This document shows positions 29,719 through 39,960 of a DNA stretch of 64,000 bases, piece by piece. The notes under the pieces were generated by a model, which was not told the DNA's origin, made no database searches, and worked only from the letters and a program-made list of their open reading frames with translations. Location: assembly GCA_043803405.1 (NCBI GenBank), contig JAZDKB010000009.1:32001-96000 (forward strand). The letters are read 5' to 3'. The translations under genes and the position numbers were made by a program. The number at the start of each line of letters is the position of its first letter. Positions within the stretch are counted from its first letter, which is position 1. Source of the stretch: Spirochaetota bacterium (lineage in GTDB: Bacteria; Spirochaetota; UBA4802; JAFGDQ01).

Positions 29719-30321
29719 TCATCTGTACGTTCTGTACATCCCGACCAGTATGCCATATATCTGAAAGTCTTCGCTTTTACTTACGAAAATCGGTTTTAAT
29801 TCCGGGTTGCGCGGCCTTAACTCTATCTTATCTTTATGGAAGTGTATTTCTTTTACTGTCGCCTGATCATTTATAAGCGCGACTACCACCTGCCCGTTCT
29901 CCGCCGTGCTTTGCCTTTTCACGATTATTACGTCGCCGTCGCATATATTGCCGTCTATCATGGAATTGCCGGTAACGCGTAGAGCCACGTTCTCGCCCCT
30001 CGCGAGCATCTCCTCCGGCACATCAACGTAGTCGACAGTCTCACACACGTCTATAGGCTCCCCTGCGCGCACAAGCCCTAAAAGCGGGATAGATACAGCC
30101 CTCTTATTCTCCTCAGTCAGCGTAATGCTCCTCTTCTGGTTAGGAAGCCCCTTCTTTATAAATCCCTTCCTGGCAAGATTATCCACGTGCTCATACACCG
30201 CATTAAGCGAGCTGAAACCGAAATGCTCTCTTATCTCGGTAAAGCTCGGCGGCCTGTTATTATCCTTAATATATTCTTTAATGTACCCGTAAATGCGCTC
30301 CTGCTTTTCAGTTAAATACAT
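29719..30321 (-). CDS. lexA: LexA repressor
   Basis: LTEKQ, PPSFTEI wHTH, Ala-Gly cleavage site VRAGEP, catalytic Ser GNSM and Lys ATVK. Confidence 0.95.
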   Translation of the reverse strand: MYLTEKQERIYGYIKEYIKDNNRPPSFTEIREHFGFSSLNAVYEHVDNLARKGFIKKGLPNQKRSITLTEENKRAVSIPLLGLVRAGEPIDVCETVDYVDVPEEMLARGENVALRVTGNSMIDGNICDGDVIIVKRQSTAENGQVVVALINDQATVKEIHFHKDKIELRPRNPELKPIFVSKSEDFQIYGILVGMYRTYR

Positions 30322-30363
30322 AACCCTATCCCGGCTCTGAATTTCAAAAACACTGTTATTGTC

Positions 30364-30391
30364 ATCATACTGAAAGTTTACTGAAAGTCAA
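30364..30391 (-). promoter_or_regulatory. lexA promoter (TTGACT-16-TATGAT) overlapped by perfect direct repeat ACTTTCAGTA x2
   Basis: Plus strand TACTGAAAGT at 30368-30377 and 30379-30388. Confidence 0.65.
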
Positions 30392-30529
30392 GATTTTTTT
30401 AATTATTAAAATATTATTAAATTTTTATGAGGCATAATCCATATAAGGAACTTGACAAATAACAGACATCAATTAAAAAAGGGCGTTCCATGTTTTGGAA
30501 TAATAATCGCGATCAATTAAGGAGACATC

Positions 30530-30907
30530 ATGTTAAAATCAGCAAAGAATGCAGAAAAAGAGACTGCCAAGAAAAAGATTAAATATCCTGAAAAAATTAC
30601 AGCCTCTTCAATAATTCAATATGTATCGGAAAAAAATGACATCTCAAAAAAGCAGGCAAAAGAAATCATTGACGATTTATACGACGTAATCAATGCAGGC
30701 GCAATAAACGGAGCAAGAGTCCCGGTAGGGAATTTCGGAAAATTATACATAAGAGTGAAACCAGCTACAAAAGCCCGCATGGGACGAAACCCAATAACAG
30801 GAGCAGAAATTAAAATCCCTGCAAAAAAAGCAACAAAAGTGCCAAAATTTGTTTTTAACAAAGCTTTCAAAGAAATCTCTCTTGGCGCAAAAGTTAAAAT
30901 AAAATAA
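30530..30907 (+). CDS. HU family DNA-binding protein with basic N-terminal extension
   Basis: GNFGKL, ARMGRNPITGAEIKIPAK, PKFVFNKAFKE; AAGGAG RBS. Confidence 0.92.
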   Translation: MLKSAKNAEKETAKKKIKYPEKITASSIIQYVSEKNDISKKQAKEIIDDLYDVINAGAINGARVPVGNFGKLYIRVKPATKARMGRNPITGAEIKIPAKKATKVPKFVFNKAFKEISLGAKVKIK

Positions 30908-30913
30908 TATAAG

Positions 30914-30947
30914 ATTAATTCTCCGCGGTTATCCGCGGAGAATTAAT
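30914..30947 (+). terminator. Hairpin after HU gene
   Basis: ATTAATTCTCCGCGG-TTAT-CCGCGGAGAATTAAT perfect 15-bp stem. Confidence 0.7.
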
Positions 30948-30975
30948 TATTTGTTTTAGTCCACGGAAAAACATT

Positions 30976-31965
30976 TTGAAAAAAATTCTTAAAGATATTT
31001 ATTCGATTACCCTGCCGCTCCCGTTCTCGGACACACCCAAATTAAATGTTTATTTTATAGATGGAACCAATCCTGCCATAATAGATACCGGCCTGGGCGA
31101 TCTGAAATCAATAGAACTGATATCGCTGAAAATGCGGGAAATAAACCGGAGCATAAAAAGCATTTCAACAATTATCAATACGCACGAACACATTGAGCAT
31201 TTCGGGGGAGATAAAAAGCTCCGTGAAATTTCGGGAGCAATTGTAGCAGCCTCATCCATCGCGGCTCCAACTATTGAAAACTCGCAAAAAATAAACCGCC
31301 ATTTAAAAAATTATTTACTGCACTATGAACCCGAACTGGCAGGCGAATTTAACGAATCTATCGACGACGACCTCGAGATAGAAGAATCAATAGTCGACAG
31401 GCAACTTAAAGACGGGGAAATAATAGATACCGGAAGCGTAAAACTACGTGTGATATATACTCCCGGGCATACACCAGGACATATATGCCTTTATAATGAA
31501 GAGCACAAGGCCCTTTTTGCCGGCGACAACATAATATACAAACGCTCAACTTTTGTGGGGTATGATTACAGGGAAATAGTAAGTCAAAGAATAGTTGATG
31601 TATTTAACGAAAAATTCAACGAGCCTGACAATTTATCCCTGTATATAGAATCAATACAAAAAATGCAATCACTCGACCTGAATATCATTCTCCCAAGCCA
31701 TGGAGATCCGATAACAGATCCATATAAAAAGCTGGAGCAGGAAATCAAAAAAAAAGACAGACGCTCCCTGATGTTTTTAAAAGTACTTGAGGGTAAAGAC
31801 GAAATTTCTCTAAAAGAGCTTACGTCAAAAGTATACGGCAGAACCAAGAAAAGCCTTGTGCATTGCGGATCGGCTCTCGGCTATCTTGCCAGGTTAAACA
31901 AATCCGGAATAATCGAAGCTGAAATGAGAAGAGACGATCTGTATTTACGACTAAAGAAAAAATAA
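30976..31965 (+). CDS. MBL-fold metallo-hydrolase
   Basis: IIDTG, THEHIEHFGG, TPGHTPGH, FAGD, PSHG. Confidence 0.88.
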   Translation: MKKILKDIYSITLPLPFSDTPKLNVYFIDGTNPAIIDTGLGDLKSIELISLKMREINRSIKSISTIINTHEHIEHFGGDKKLREISGAIVAASSIAAPTIENSQKINRHLKNYLLHYEPELAGEFNESIDDDLEIEESIVDRQLKDGEIIDTGSVKLRVIYTPGHTPGHICLYNEEHKALFAGDNIIYKRSTFVGYDYREIVSQRIVDVFNEKFNEPDNLSLYIESIQKMQSLDLNIILPSHGDPITDPYKKLEQEIKKKDRRSLMFLKVLEGKDEISLKELTSKVYGRTKKSLVHCGSALGYLARLNKSGIIEAEMRRDDLYLRLKKK

Positions 31966-32053
31966 ATTATTAAAGTTGACACTTAAAAGTTGAAATATAT
32001 TATTTCGTCACTTTATTTTAATGCCTGGAAAATAAATACACGGTATATTCAAC

Positions 32054-33265
32054 ATGATCTTTTCCCAAAGAATACTACAAATTAAACCTTCAGCGACTCT
32101 CGAAATAAACGCCCTTGCAAACGCATTAAAAGCCAAAGGTTACGACATTATCGGATTTGGCGCAGGCGAACCCGATTTCGATACCCCGGAATTCATTAAA
32201 AAGGCCGGCATAAGAGCAATTGAAAACGGAAAAACTAAATACACACCCACAGGCGGAATCGATGAATTAAAAGAAGCCATTGTTAAAAAATTTAAAAAAG
32301 ATAATGATCTCGAATACAATAAGGCAAATGTAATTGTTAATTGCGGAGGAAAACATTCGTTTTACAACCTGATGCAGGTTCTATTAAATAATGATGATGA
32401 AGTAATTATTACAGCTCCATATTGGGTGTCGTATCCGCCTATGGTAATGCTTGCCGGCGGTAAACCAGTTATTATTGAGGCAAGCGAAGAAAACGAATTC
32501 AAAGTAACTTCCGGCATTATTAAAAAAGCAATCACAAATAAAACACGAGCTATTGTTCTCAACTCACCTTCTAATCCGACTGGCGCCGTATATACAATGG
32601 AAGAACTTAAAGACCTTGCTGATTTGCTGGCACAGTACGATATTCTTGTTATATCGGACGACATATACGAAGCGTTATTATATGATAATAAAAAGTTTTA
32701 TAATATCGCAAACATGGGAGAAGAAATAAAAAAGAAAACTGTTGTGCTTAACGGCGTATCGAAACCATATTCAATGACCGGATGGAGAATCGGGTATATG
32801 GCAGGCGATGAAAATCTGATTAAGAAAGTCGATATACTTCAAAGCCAGTCGACCTCAAATCCTGCATCGATATCCCAGTGGGCTGCTCTTGAAGCATTAA
32901 GCGGGGACCAGACCGTAGTCCGGGAAATGGCAAAAGTCTTTGAGCGGAGAAGGAACCTTATTGTAGAGAAACTGAACAGCATAAAAGGAATCAACTGTAA
33001 AATTCCTGGCGGTGCATTCTATGCATTCCCCAATATATCCGGAATTTTTAAATTTAACGGCTGGAAATCTATAATTAAAAAATACGACAGTAAAAATAAT
33101 TCTTCATTGCTTGCTTCATATCTGCTGGAAGAAGCAAAGGTGGCAGTTGTACCGGGCATCGAATTCGGTTCCGATAATAACATAAGGCTGTCTTTTGCAA
33201 CATCGGATGAAAACATAACAAACGGCATCGGCAGGATTAAGGAAGCTGTAGAGAAACTAATTTAA
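32054..33265 (+). CDS. PLP-dependent aspartate aminotransferase (class I/II)
   Basis: GAGEPDFDTP, NSPSNPTG, SDDIYE, SKPYSMTGWRIGY. Confidence 0.92.
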   Translation: MIFSQRILQIKPSATLEINALANALKAKGYDIIGFGAGEPDFDTPEFIKKAGIRAIENGKTKYTPTGGIDELKEAIVKKFKKDNDLEYNKANVIVNCGGKHSFYNLMQVLLNNDDEVIITAPYWVSYPPMVMLAGGKPVIIEASEENEFKVTSGIIKKAITNKTRAIVLNSPSNPTGAVYTMEELKDLADLLAQYDILVISDDIYEALLYDNKKFYNIANMGEEIKKKTVVLNGVSKPYSMTGWRIGYMAGDENLIKKVDILQSQSTSNPASISQWAALEALSGDQTVVREMAKVFERRRNLIVEKLNSIKGINCKIPGGAFYAFPNISGIFKFNGWKSIIKKYDSKNNSSLLASYLLEEAKVAVVPGIEFGSDNNIRLSFATSDENITNGIGRIKEAVEKLI

Positions 33266-33409
33266 ATTCAGGATAAGAGCATATTTACAGCAATGCAATC
33301 ACAACACCTAAACCTATCTCAAAATTAAAAATAAATAGGATATTGAAATTCGATAGAATTAATAAGACACCAGTTATTTTTTAAGATGATTTGTGACCAC
33401 ATTTATAGT

Positions 33410-34318
33410 CTATAAATGTGAACTGATAACGTATAACTCTTCTTTTTGAATATCGTCCATAAATTTTGAACTATAATAAATATCATCGTTTTCCGTGAGA
33501 GACAGCGTCTTTAAATAGCTGTTTTTCTTTTCCAGATCGGAAGGAGACAGCGACTCTTTAACGAGAATGCGCGCGTAAAGATTCGCAAGCGCTACGATAT
33601 TTATGCTTATTTTATAGGGAGAATCAGCATTTACCGAATGATGCTGAAATATTACATCCACAAGTTCATCAGGAAAATTCCATTTGTTTAACACGACCTT
33701 CCCGACCTCCAGATGGTTGTACCCGAAAACATTCTGTTCTATCAGCAATACATCAGCATCCGGATTAGCAAGCATCTCCTGCAAAAATTTCTCGAAAAGT
33801 TCCGTCTGATTAGCCATAAGGATAATTCTTCCTATGTCATGCAGCAGGCCCTCAATAAAAATATCTTCTTTCTTATCTTCCAGCTTGTATTTTACAGCAA
33901 TATGCCTGGCAATAAAAGCCGTCAGCACCAGATGTCTCCATAATTCCATTGCCGACGATTTCGTCGTCATCGATTCCGGAATATCCCTGAACTTTTTCCT
34001 GTTTCTGCTGTAAATATTTGAAGCGCATACTAGCAGTATCATGCTTTTAATCATTTTAAATCCCAGCAGACTTATTGCCTGCTGCAGATTTGTTATCTCC
34101 CTCTGACGCGAATACATAGCCGAGTTTGCGACCTTTAGTATTCTCGCGGTTATTGCCGGATCCTGAAGAATAATTTTTTCCAGTTCTTTAAAACTGATTT
34201 CAAGATTGTCTTCCTGAAACTGTAAAACTTTGGTCGCGACTTGCGACATAACAGGGATCTCTTTGATCTCTATTTTTTTTTGTAAACTGCCCTCGTTATT
34301 CAAATCAACAATCTCCAA
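33410..34318 (-). CDS. HDOD domain protein
   Basis: DPAITARILKVANSAMY, AISLLG, LWRH, GLLHDIG, WNFP...HH. Confidence 0.92.
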   Translation of the reverse strand: MEIVDLNNEGSLQKKIEIKEIPVMSQVATKVLQFQEDNLEISFKELEKIILQDPAITARILKVANSAMYSRQREITNLQQAISLLGFKMIKSMILLVCASNIYSRNRKKFRDIPESMTTKSSAMELWRHLVLTAFIARHIAVKYKLEDKKEDIFIEGLLHDIGRIILMANQTELFEKFLQEMLANPDADVLLIEQNVFGYNHLEVGKVVLNKWNFPDELVDVIFQHHSVNADSPYKISINIVALANLYARILVKESLSPSDLEKKNSYLKTLSLTENDDIYYSSKFMDDIQKEELYVISSHL

Positions 34319-34343
34319 CTAAATTTAATCTCATGTTCTTATC

Positions 34344-35771
34344 TTATTTATCGACCTCTCCGTCATCAAACACAATAGTAGTGCCGCCGACGTTAATAAC
34401 ATCTCCGGCTTCCAAAAGTTTGGTTTTGACAGGCTTGTTGTTTACTGATAAATTGCCGTCGGCTACTATTGTATACTGTTTTTTATTATTATCGAACATG
34501 ATCGTGGCATGTTTATCTTTTATCCTTGTAACGCCTCCTGAAAGCGTCATATCGGCCGAAGGGTCGCCCCCTATAACCGTCTTTTTATTTTTATTCAGCG
34601 TAAATAATTGCGTTGAAGCCTTTGCCGAGCCTGGATTCAGGACTTCAATAGTCGGATCCGATTTCTTTTTTTCGAATTTGATTTTCGATACCAGGAACAG
34701 CAATACCAGCGCCAGCAGCAAAGGAATCAATAATAACGGAGTAAAGTTATTCAAAGGGAGCCCGAACACTGTACTGGAAAAATAAAATCTGGTTGCTGCA
34801 GCAAGCCCGTTTTCCGAATTGCATTCTACTTTAACGAATTTTTTATCCGCAGGCTGCATGGTAGCCGGATATGAAATCAGATACTCATTTAGAATCTGAT
34901 TGACTATTATATTATAAACATCGTTAAGCTGTTTTGCGTCAAATGCGTCAAAAACCATACCGCCAGTCTGATAAGCAATTTTGCTGAGTCCCTGGTCTTT
35001 TCTTTCGTTTTTCGGGCCAAAATTAATTGCATATACTGATATACCCTCTTCCTGGCAATATTTCACAGGTTCTTCATATTTATAGATTTTGCTCCCAAGT
35101 ACCTTATGCGGCTTACGGGTATACTGAAAATACGGCATATTTTGCCCGTCCGATAAAACAATGACAGCTTTTCTGCCTTTAACAGCACTGAACTCATCGA
35201 TTGCAAAATAAATGCTTGAGTATATTTCCGTAAATGCGTCTTCGGGCGCAGGCTGAATAATTTTATCAAGGTCTTCCTGTATCTTGGCTTTATTGCCGGT
35301 CAATCCCGAATACAGCTTGTAATTCGAATTATAAACTGCTAAGCCTACAGTATCTTTGGGATTGCTAATGCTTTTTAAAAATGAAATTATCGCTTTTTTT
35401 GAATGTGATATTCTTTTATCGCTTTCTATCTTTGTCCTTGCTCCTTTAATATTGCAATACATGCTCCCCGAATTATCTACGAGCAGTAGAAAATTAATCC
35501 CTGATTCATAATTTGCCATACTCTGGAATCCGGTAATCTTGGGGATCTTTTGAAAATTATTCATGTCAGGAGATTCATAAATCGAAAAAGCGTCCTGTGT
35601 CAATTTACCTATAGGTTCACCTGTTTCGTCAGTTACGCTCACATACAGCTTAACCTCCTGGCTTAATAATAATTTTGATGCGTCTATCTGTGAGATGCGA
35701 ACATATTCCGCAAAGAGATTACCTGTAAAAAAAAGCATTACTATTACGGAGAATAAAATTTTCTTTATCAT
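34344..35771 (-). CDS. Exported VWA domain, TM helix, cytoplasmic FHA-like domain protein
   Basis: Signal peptide; MIDAS DNSGS...T...LSDG; TM LLLIPLLLALVLLFLV; C-terminal FHA-like fold (TVIGG...HATI...LEAGDVINVG). Confidence 0.85.
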   Translation of the reverse strand: MIKKILFSVIVMLFFTGNLFAEYVRISQIDASKLLLSQEVKLYVSVTDETGEPIGKLTQDAFSIYESPDMNNFQKIPKITGFQSMANYESGINFLLLVDNSGSMYCNIKGARTKIESDKRISHSKKAIISFLKSISNPKDTVGLAVYNSNYKLYSGLTGNKAKIQEDLDKIIQPAPEDAFTEIYSSIYFAIDEFSAVKGRKAVIVLSDGQNMPYFQYTRKPHKVLGSKIYKYEEPVKYCQEEGISVYAINFGPKNERKDQGLSKIAYQTGGMVFDAFDAKQLNDVYNIIVNQILNEYLISYPATMQPADKKFVKVECNSENGLAAATRFYFSSTVFGLPLNNFTPLLLIPLLLALVLLFLVSKIKFEKKKSDPTIEVLNPGSAKASTQLFTLNKNKKTVIGGDPSADMTLSGGVTRIKDKHATIMFDNNKKQYTIVADGNLSVNNKPVKTKLLEAGDVINVGGTTIVFDDGEVDK

Positions 35772-35781
35772 ATATCATCCC

Positions 35782-36672
35782 CTATTTAAATTTATATAAA
35801 AACTTGGCAGAACCTATCTGTACAACATCATCCATTATCAGTTCATGCTCATCGACTTTTTCATCGTTTACTGCTATAATCGTTTTAGGGCTTACTTTTT
35901 TTATAACAACATTGTCCCCTTTCAAAGCCAGCTCGGCGTGAGTGTCCGATACTTTATCATATCCCAGAAGGACAATAGAGTTTTTATCGGATGACCCTAT
36001 TTTCATTTTTTTCTGGGAAATTAAAAATTCCGTGCCTTTAAATTTACCGTTTAAAAGCCGCAGAACACCGAAGGATAAGCGGTTTTCAACAAAGCCGTAG
36101 GAAAGTCCAATAAAAAGTCCGAATACGATCAGTCCTATCAGCCTTGCAAAAATAATATTCGGAATAATCAGCCTGAAATATTCAAGCGCCAGACCGCCAA
36201 GAAGTCCTCCGATTATGCCGCCAATAATGCCGACTTTAATTTTATCAAGCGAGCGCGAACGGAAGCCGTCGACCATACCGATAAATAGGCCGAGGAAAGC
36301 CCAGCCTACTGCTCTCGATATGGGAAACACGATCGTGTTAAATCCTTTTGCAGAATGTATCAGCATATCGCCCATAATAAACAGGGCAGCCTGCCCTATT
36401 AAAAATCCTATAATTCCTCCGATGGCCCCGATTAAAACACCTAAAAAAGCGCCGCTAAAAATTTTGCTTCTCATAGACATAATGATACCGTCGCTGGTAC
36501 CGAAAAATCCGCCCATACTCAGACCGAATATCATTCCCAAAAAAATACTGAAAATTAAATAGGACGGGAACGCTTCCTGAAAAAGCAGAGTTGATTCGGC
36601 AAAAGGCCACGCAGCCAGTCCTGCCAGCATGCCTATAATACAAAAGAAAATTTTTCTCATTAAAGTAGACAT
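35782..36672 (-). CDS. Multi-pass Gly-rich membrane protein with C-terminal FHA-like domain
   Basis: About six Gly-rich TM segments, then MKIGSS...VSDTHAEL...LIMDDVVQIGS. Confidence 0.82.
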   Translation of the reverse strand: MSTLMRKIFFCIIGMLAGLAAWPFAESTLLFQEAFPSYLIFSIFLGMIFGLSMGGFFGTSDGIIMSMRSKIFSGAFLGVLIGAIGGIIGFLIGQAALFIMGDMLIHSAKGFNTIVFPISRAVGWAFLGLFIGMVDGFRSRSLDKIKVGIIGGIIGGLLGGLALEYFRLIIPNIIFARLIGLIVFGLFIGLSYGFVENRLSFGVLRLLNGKFKGTEFLISQKKMKIGSSDKNSIVLLGYDKVSDTHAELALKGDNVVIKKVSPKTIIAVNDEKVDEHELIMDDVVQIGSAKFLYKFK

Positions 36673-36755
36673 ATATTACTCCTTTTAAAGATTGATCTGC
36701 ATCCTCGACGCAAGCTCGAGCTATTCATCTTGAAACAGATTATCTCATAAATAAT

Positions 36756-38720
36756 TTATTTTATTTCCAAATCAAGTGAATCTTTATCCTTACTGTAATC
36801 TATCATCACCTGAATTGTTTTATTTGACTCAACAATTGCCTTAATAGTTTTGGTTAAAGCTGATTTTTTAACTGTAACAAAGTAATCTCCCGGCGCGAGC
36901 AGCAATCTGTTTTCATTTTTATTCTTCTCAATCTTCATGTATTTCCTGTAATTCCCGCCGGATATATAATATGAAGAATTATTCAGTAACACATCCATAC
37001 TGGTATAATTGGATTTAACTATTAACTCTCCGGGAATAGGCGCCAGATCGATATCCATATTAAGCACTGTCTGATTAGGCTCAACATATACCTTGCGGAA
37101 ACCCGGATAATAACCGTCTTTTTTAAACTGGAATCTGTGTGTTGTTCCTGTTATTAAAATATCCTTATAATTTTTAATTTTAACAAAGTCCTTCCACGAT
37201 ATCCATTTCTTAAAGAGATACATTGAAAAATCGGTATCGTTTGTAATATCATTATTATTTGCAGTATCAGTCACTTTATAATAAACGGCCAACGGCAAAT
37301 GCGGCACAGTCCTGTAAAAGAACTCGATATTCTCCGAATCTGCAGAATCTTTATTTGTTTTCTGCACCTCTCTCGGACTCAGGTAAAATTCTTTCTGATA
37401 GTTTTCATTCCCGAAATTTATATGAATGAGATAATTAGCAGTTTTTAAATAAATCTTTTTTGACTTTATTGTGTAGTATTTTTCATTTTTTGATCCGTTT
37501 TTAACCTTTTCCAGGCTGAAACCGAACAATGCATTCTCCACTTTTTTAAATGTTTTACCGTCGAACTCATAAAGAAATGCATTCACATAGCTATCTTCCG
37601 GATTTCTGTCAGTGTCCCGGAACTTGACCGCGACAGAAAGCGCACCGTATTCATTTGCTTTGAAATACTCATAATGCATCCCCTTAACATAAGCGTAATA
37701 AGCTCCTCCGGCCAGAATAACGGCAAGAATAACTATTCCTATGAATATTTTAAATATGTTGAAAGAGAAAGATGAAGCCGCACCCTTGGCTGCCTTGCCT
37801 GCTTTTGTGACAGTTGTATCCTTCTCCGCTTTTTCAAAATCTTTGCCTTGCAGATATGCTTTGATTGTATTATTAATTTCATCCTGGTCTTTATATTTCT
37901 TTTTTAACACCTTTGTAAATATATCAATTATATTCTGCAGATCTTTATAGCGTTTCTTAACTTTGGCATGCATCGCCTTCTTAATTACTTTTTGTATTAT
38001 CGGGCTCAGCCTCGGATTAATTTTTCTGGGATAAACATATTCACCCTTGTTTATTTGAGCAACGGCATCAGGAGTAAAATTGCTTGGAAAAGGAGTTTTA
38101 CCTGTAACCATTTTATAAAGTACAACACCCATTGAGTAAATATCTGCTCTTCTATCCACAGTCTTCGTATTTGAAATCTGCTCAGGAGACATATAGGCCG
38201 GGGTCCCAAGCGTCATTCCGACTGAAGTAAGCCCGTCATCCTCAGTATCCTTGGAAGTGGCAATTCCAAAGTCCGTTAATTTAACTTCCCCTTCCTTTGA
38301 AATTAAAATATTTTCCGGTTTTATATCTCTGTGTATTACTGTTTTATCGTGCGCATATTTTAATGCTTTGCAGATTTCACGGAATATAAGCATTGCGATT
38401 TCATTTGGAATATATCTCTTTTTCTCGATCAGATCGCCAAGGCTGATGCCATCAACATATTCCATCGCTATGTAATATGAATTGCCCTCTTTAAAATGAT
38501 CGTAAACCTGAACAATGTTATCATTGCGGAAGTCCATCATCAACTGGGCTTCCCTTTTGAAGCGCTCGGTTATGGCGACATTTTTCTTTAAAGTAAGACG
38601 CTTTAAAATTACAGTCCTGTCCAGCGTCGGGTGCTTGGCTTTATAAATAGCTCCCATTCCTCCTTCCGCTACCTTTGCCGTAATTAAATATTTACCAACC
38701 ATATTTGTTTCCGGGCTCAT
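36756..38720 (-). CDS. Hanks-type Ser/Thr protein kinase with TM helix and extracytoplasmic beta-rich (PEGA-like) region
   Basis: EGGMGAIY, ILKRL, HRDIKPEN, DFGIA, GTPAYMSPEQ, DIYSMG; TM IFIGIVILAVILAGGAYY. Confidence 0.95.
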   Translation of the reverse strand: MSPETNMVGKYLITAKVAEGGMGAIYKAKHPTLDRTVILKRLTLKKNVAITERFKREAQLMMDFRNDNIVQVYDHFKEGNSYYIAMEYVDGISLGDLIEKKRYIPNEIAMLIFREICKALKYAHDKTVIHRDIKPENILISKEGEVKLTDFGIATSKDTEDDGLTSVGMTLGTPAYMSPEQISNTKTVDRRADIYSMGVVLYKMVTGKTPFPSNFTPDAVAQINKGEYVYPRKINPRLSPIIQKVIKKAMHAKVKKRYKDLQNIIDIFTKVLKKKYKDQDEINNTIKAYLQGKDFEKAEKDTTVTKAGKAAKGAASSFSFNIFKIFIGIVILAVILAGGAYYAYVKGMHYEYFKANEYGALSVAVKFRDTDRNPEDSYVNAFLYEFDGKTFKKVENALFGFSLEKVKNGSKNEKYYTIKSKKIYLKTANYLIHINFGNENYQKEFYLSPREVQKTNKDSADSENIEFFYRTVPHLPLAVYYKVTDTANNNDITNDTDFSMYLFKKWISWKDFVKIKNYKDILITGTTHRFQFKKDGYYPGFRKVYVEPNQTVLNMDIDLAPIPGELIVKSNYTSMDVLLNNSSYYISGGNYRKYMKIEKNKNENRLLLAPGDYFVTVKKSALTKTIKAIVESNKTIQVMIDYSKDKDSLDLEIK

Positions 38721-38758
38721 AATATTCTCCTTTTTATGGTTAACACTTTACTGGCATT

Positions 38759-39805
38759 TTAATTGTAATTAATTAATATTTCTTCAATATTATTTTCAAG
38801 CTCAATTACATCGCTTTCCAAATCAATAATATCTTCTTTAATTACTGCAATTATAAATTTGTCGGGATTATGTATTTGAATATAGCGGCCTTCGGCTCTG
38901 GGGTTATACAAATTTTTAACAGGTCTGTGCCCGCCGAAATAATAACTTCGCTTACGGTCTTCTTCGTTTTCTATATAATAATTCAGCATCTCCTGAACGC
39001 TGCCGTCATTTGCGCTGTTATCCGCTGTCCATGTTAAGCCCTCTATTACGTCTGGATTATTCCTGTATTCCAGTATTAATTCTCTGTTAAAAAAATACGC
39101 CGGTTCCGAATGAGAAATAAGAAAATTTTTGCCAACGGCAAAAATCGGAAGGCTTTTTTCAAATTTGGAATATAGCTCTAAAAAATCCTCGCCATAGAAT
39201 TTCTTTACATACTGAGCGACCATGGGACCCTCATAGGAAAACTTTACGAAAGGATAATTACCATCCCCTTCTTCATTTTTAATATTTTCATGATTGCCTT
39301 TTAAAAAATGAAAATTGGAAGGATAATTAGATTTTATTTCCATGATCATTTCCATAAGGCCGAAGCTCTCGCGCATTTCTTCGTCAATATTATCGTGCTT
39401 TAAATAATCCGATTCGAATTCTTTGAAGGCATTTGCCCATCTCCCGGCAGCTCTTTTTTCCGCATGCACACCGTCGCCAACGCATACTATCTGAATTTTA
39501 TCTTCGCCAAGCTTCTGCAATGCCGTTTCATTATCCTGATCTTTTATGAACAGGATGTTTAAAAAAAAATCCATTCTCGCGTGTATATCAGGAACAATTA
39601 TTGTCGGAATATTTCTTTTTAAATAAATAATTCCGCCCGGCTTTCCGGATGAGTCATAAGGCCTTATTTCTTCATCTTCATTCATGAGTTTAAAGTTTAT
39701 TCTCTCAAGAACTTCCGTAAAGTCATTATGATCAGGAGGTATTGTTCTTTTATATATTTCGAACAGCCTTTTTATGACTAAATCATATTTATCAGGTGAA
39801 GGCAT
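38759..39805 (-). CDS. Calcineurin-like metallophosphoesterase (possible protein phosphatase)
   Basis: PDIH, GDGVH, KGNHE, ISHSEP, GGHRP metal-binding motifs. Confidence 0.85.
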   Translation of the reverse strand: MPSPDKYDLVIKRLFEIYKRTIPPDHNDFTEVLERINFKLMNEDEEIRPYDSSGKPGGIIYLKRNIPTIIVPDIHARMDFFLNILFIKDQDNETALQKLGEDKIQIVCVGDGVHAEKRAAGRWANAFKEFESDYLKHDNIDEEMRESFGLMEMIMEIKSNYPSNFHFLKGNHENIKNEEGDGNYPFVKFSYEGPMVAQYVKKFYGEDFLELYSKFEKSLPIFAVGKNFLISHSEPAYFFNRELILEYRNNPDVIEGLTWTADNSANDGSVQEMLNYYIENEEDRKRSYYFGGHRPVKNLYNPRAEGRYIQIHNPDKFIIAVIKEDIIDLESDVIELENNIEEILINYN

Positions 39806-39960
39806 CAATTATTTCCGTTTATAGAATGCGATATTTTAACAATAAATTTTAAGAGGTCAAGAAAAAATATGAAGATGTGAAATATAATAGACACAGATAT
39901 ATAGTATAAAACTAAATAATCCGTGTCTATATATTTAAAATTAACCGGACTTTATACCGT

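Noticed and set aside
19400..30400. GC-richer block as prophage or integrative element
   Set aside because: No integrase, phage, conjugation genes or tRNA attachment site visible
36697..36727. CTCGACGCAAGCTCGAG hairpin resembling an IS200/IS605 end
   Set aside because: Single short imperfect hairpin with no tnpA/tnpB or partner end; cannot be supported
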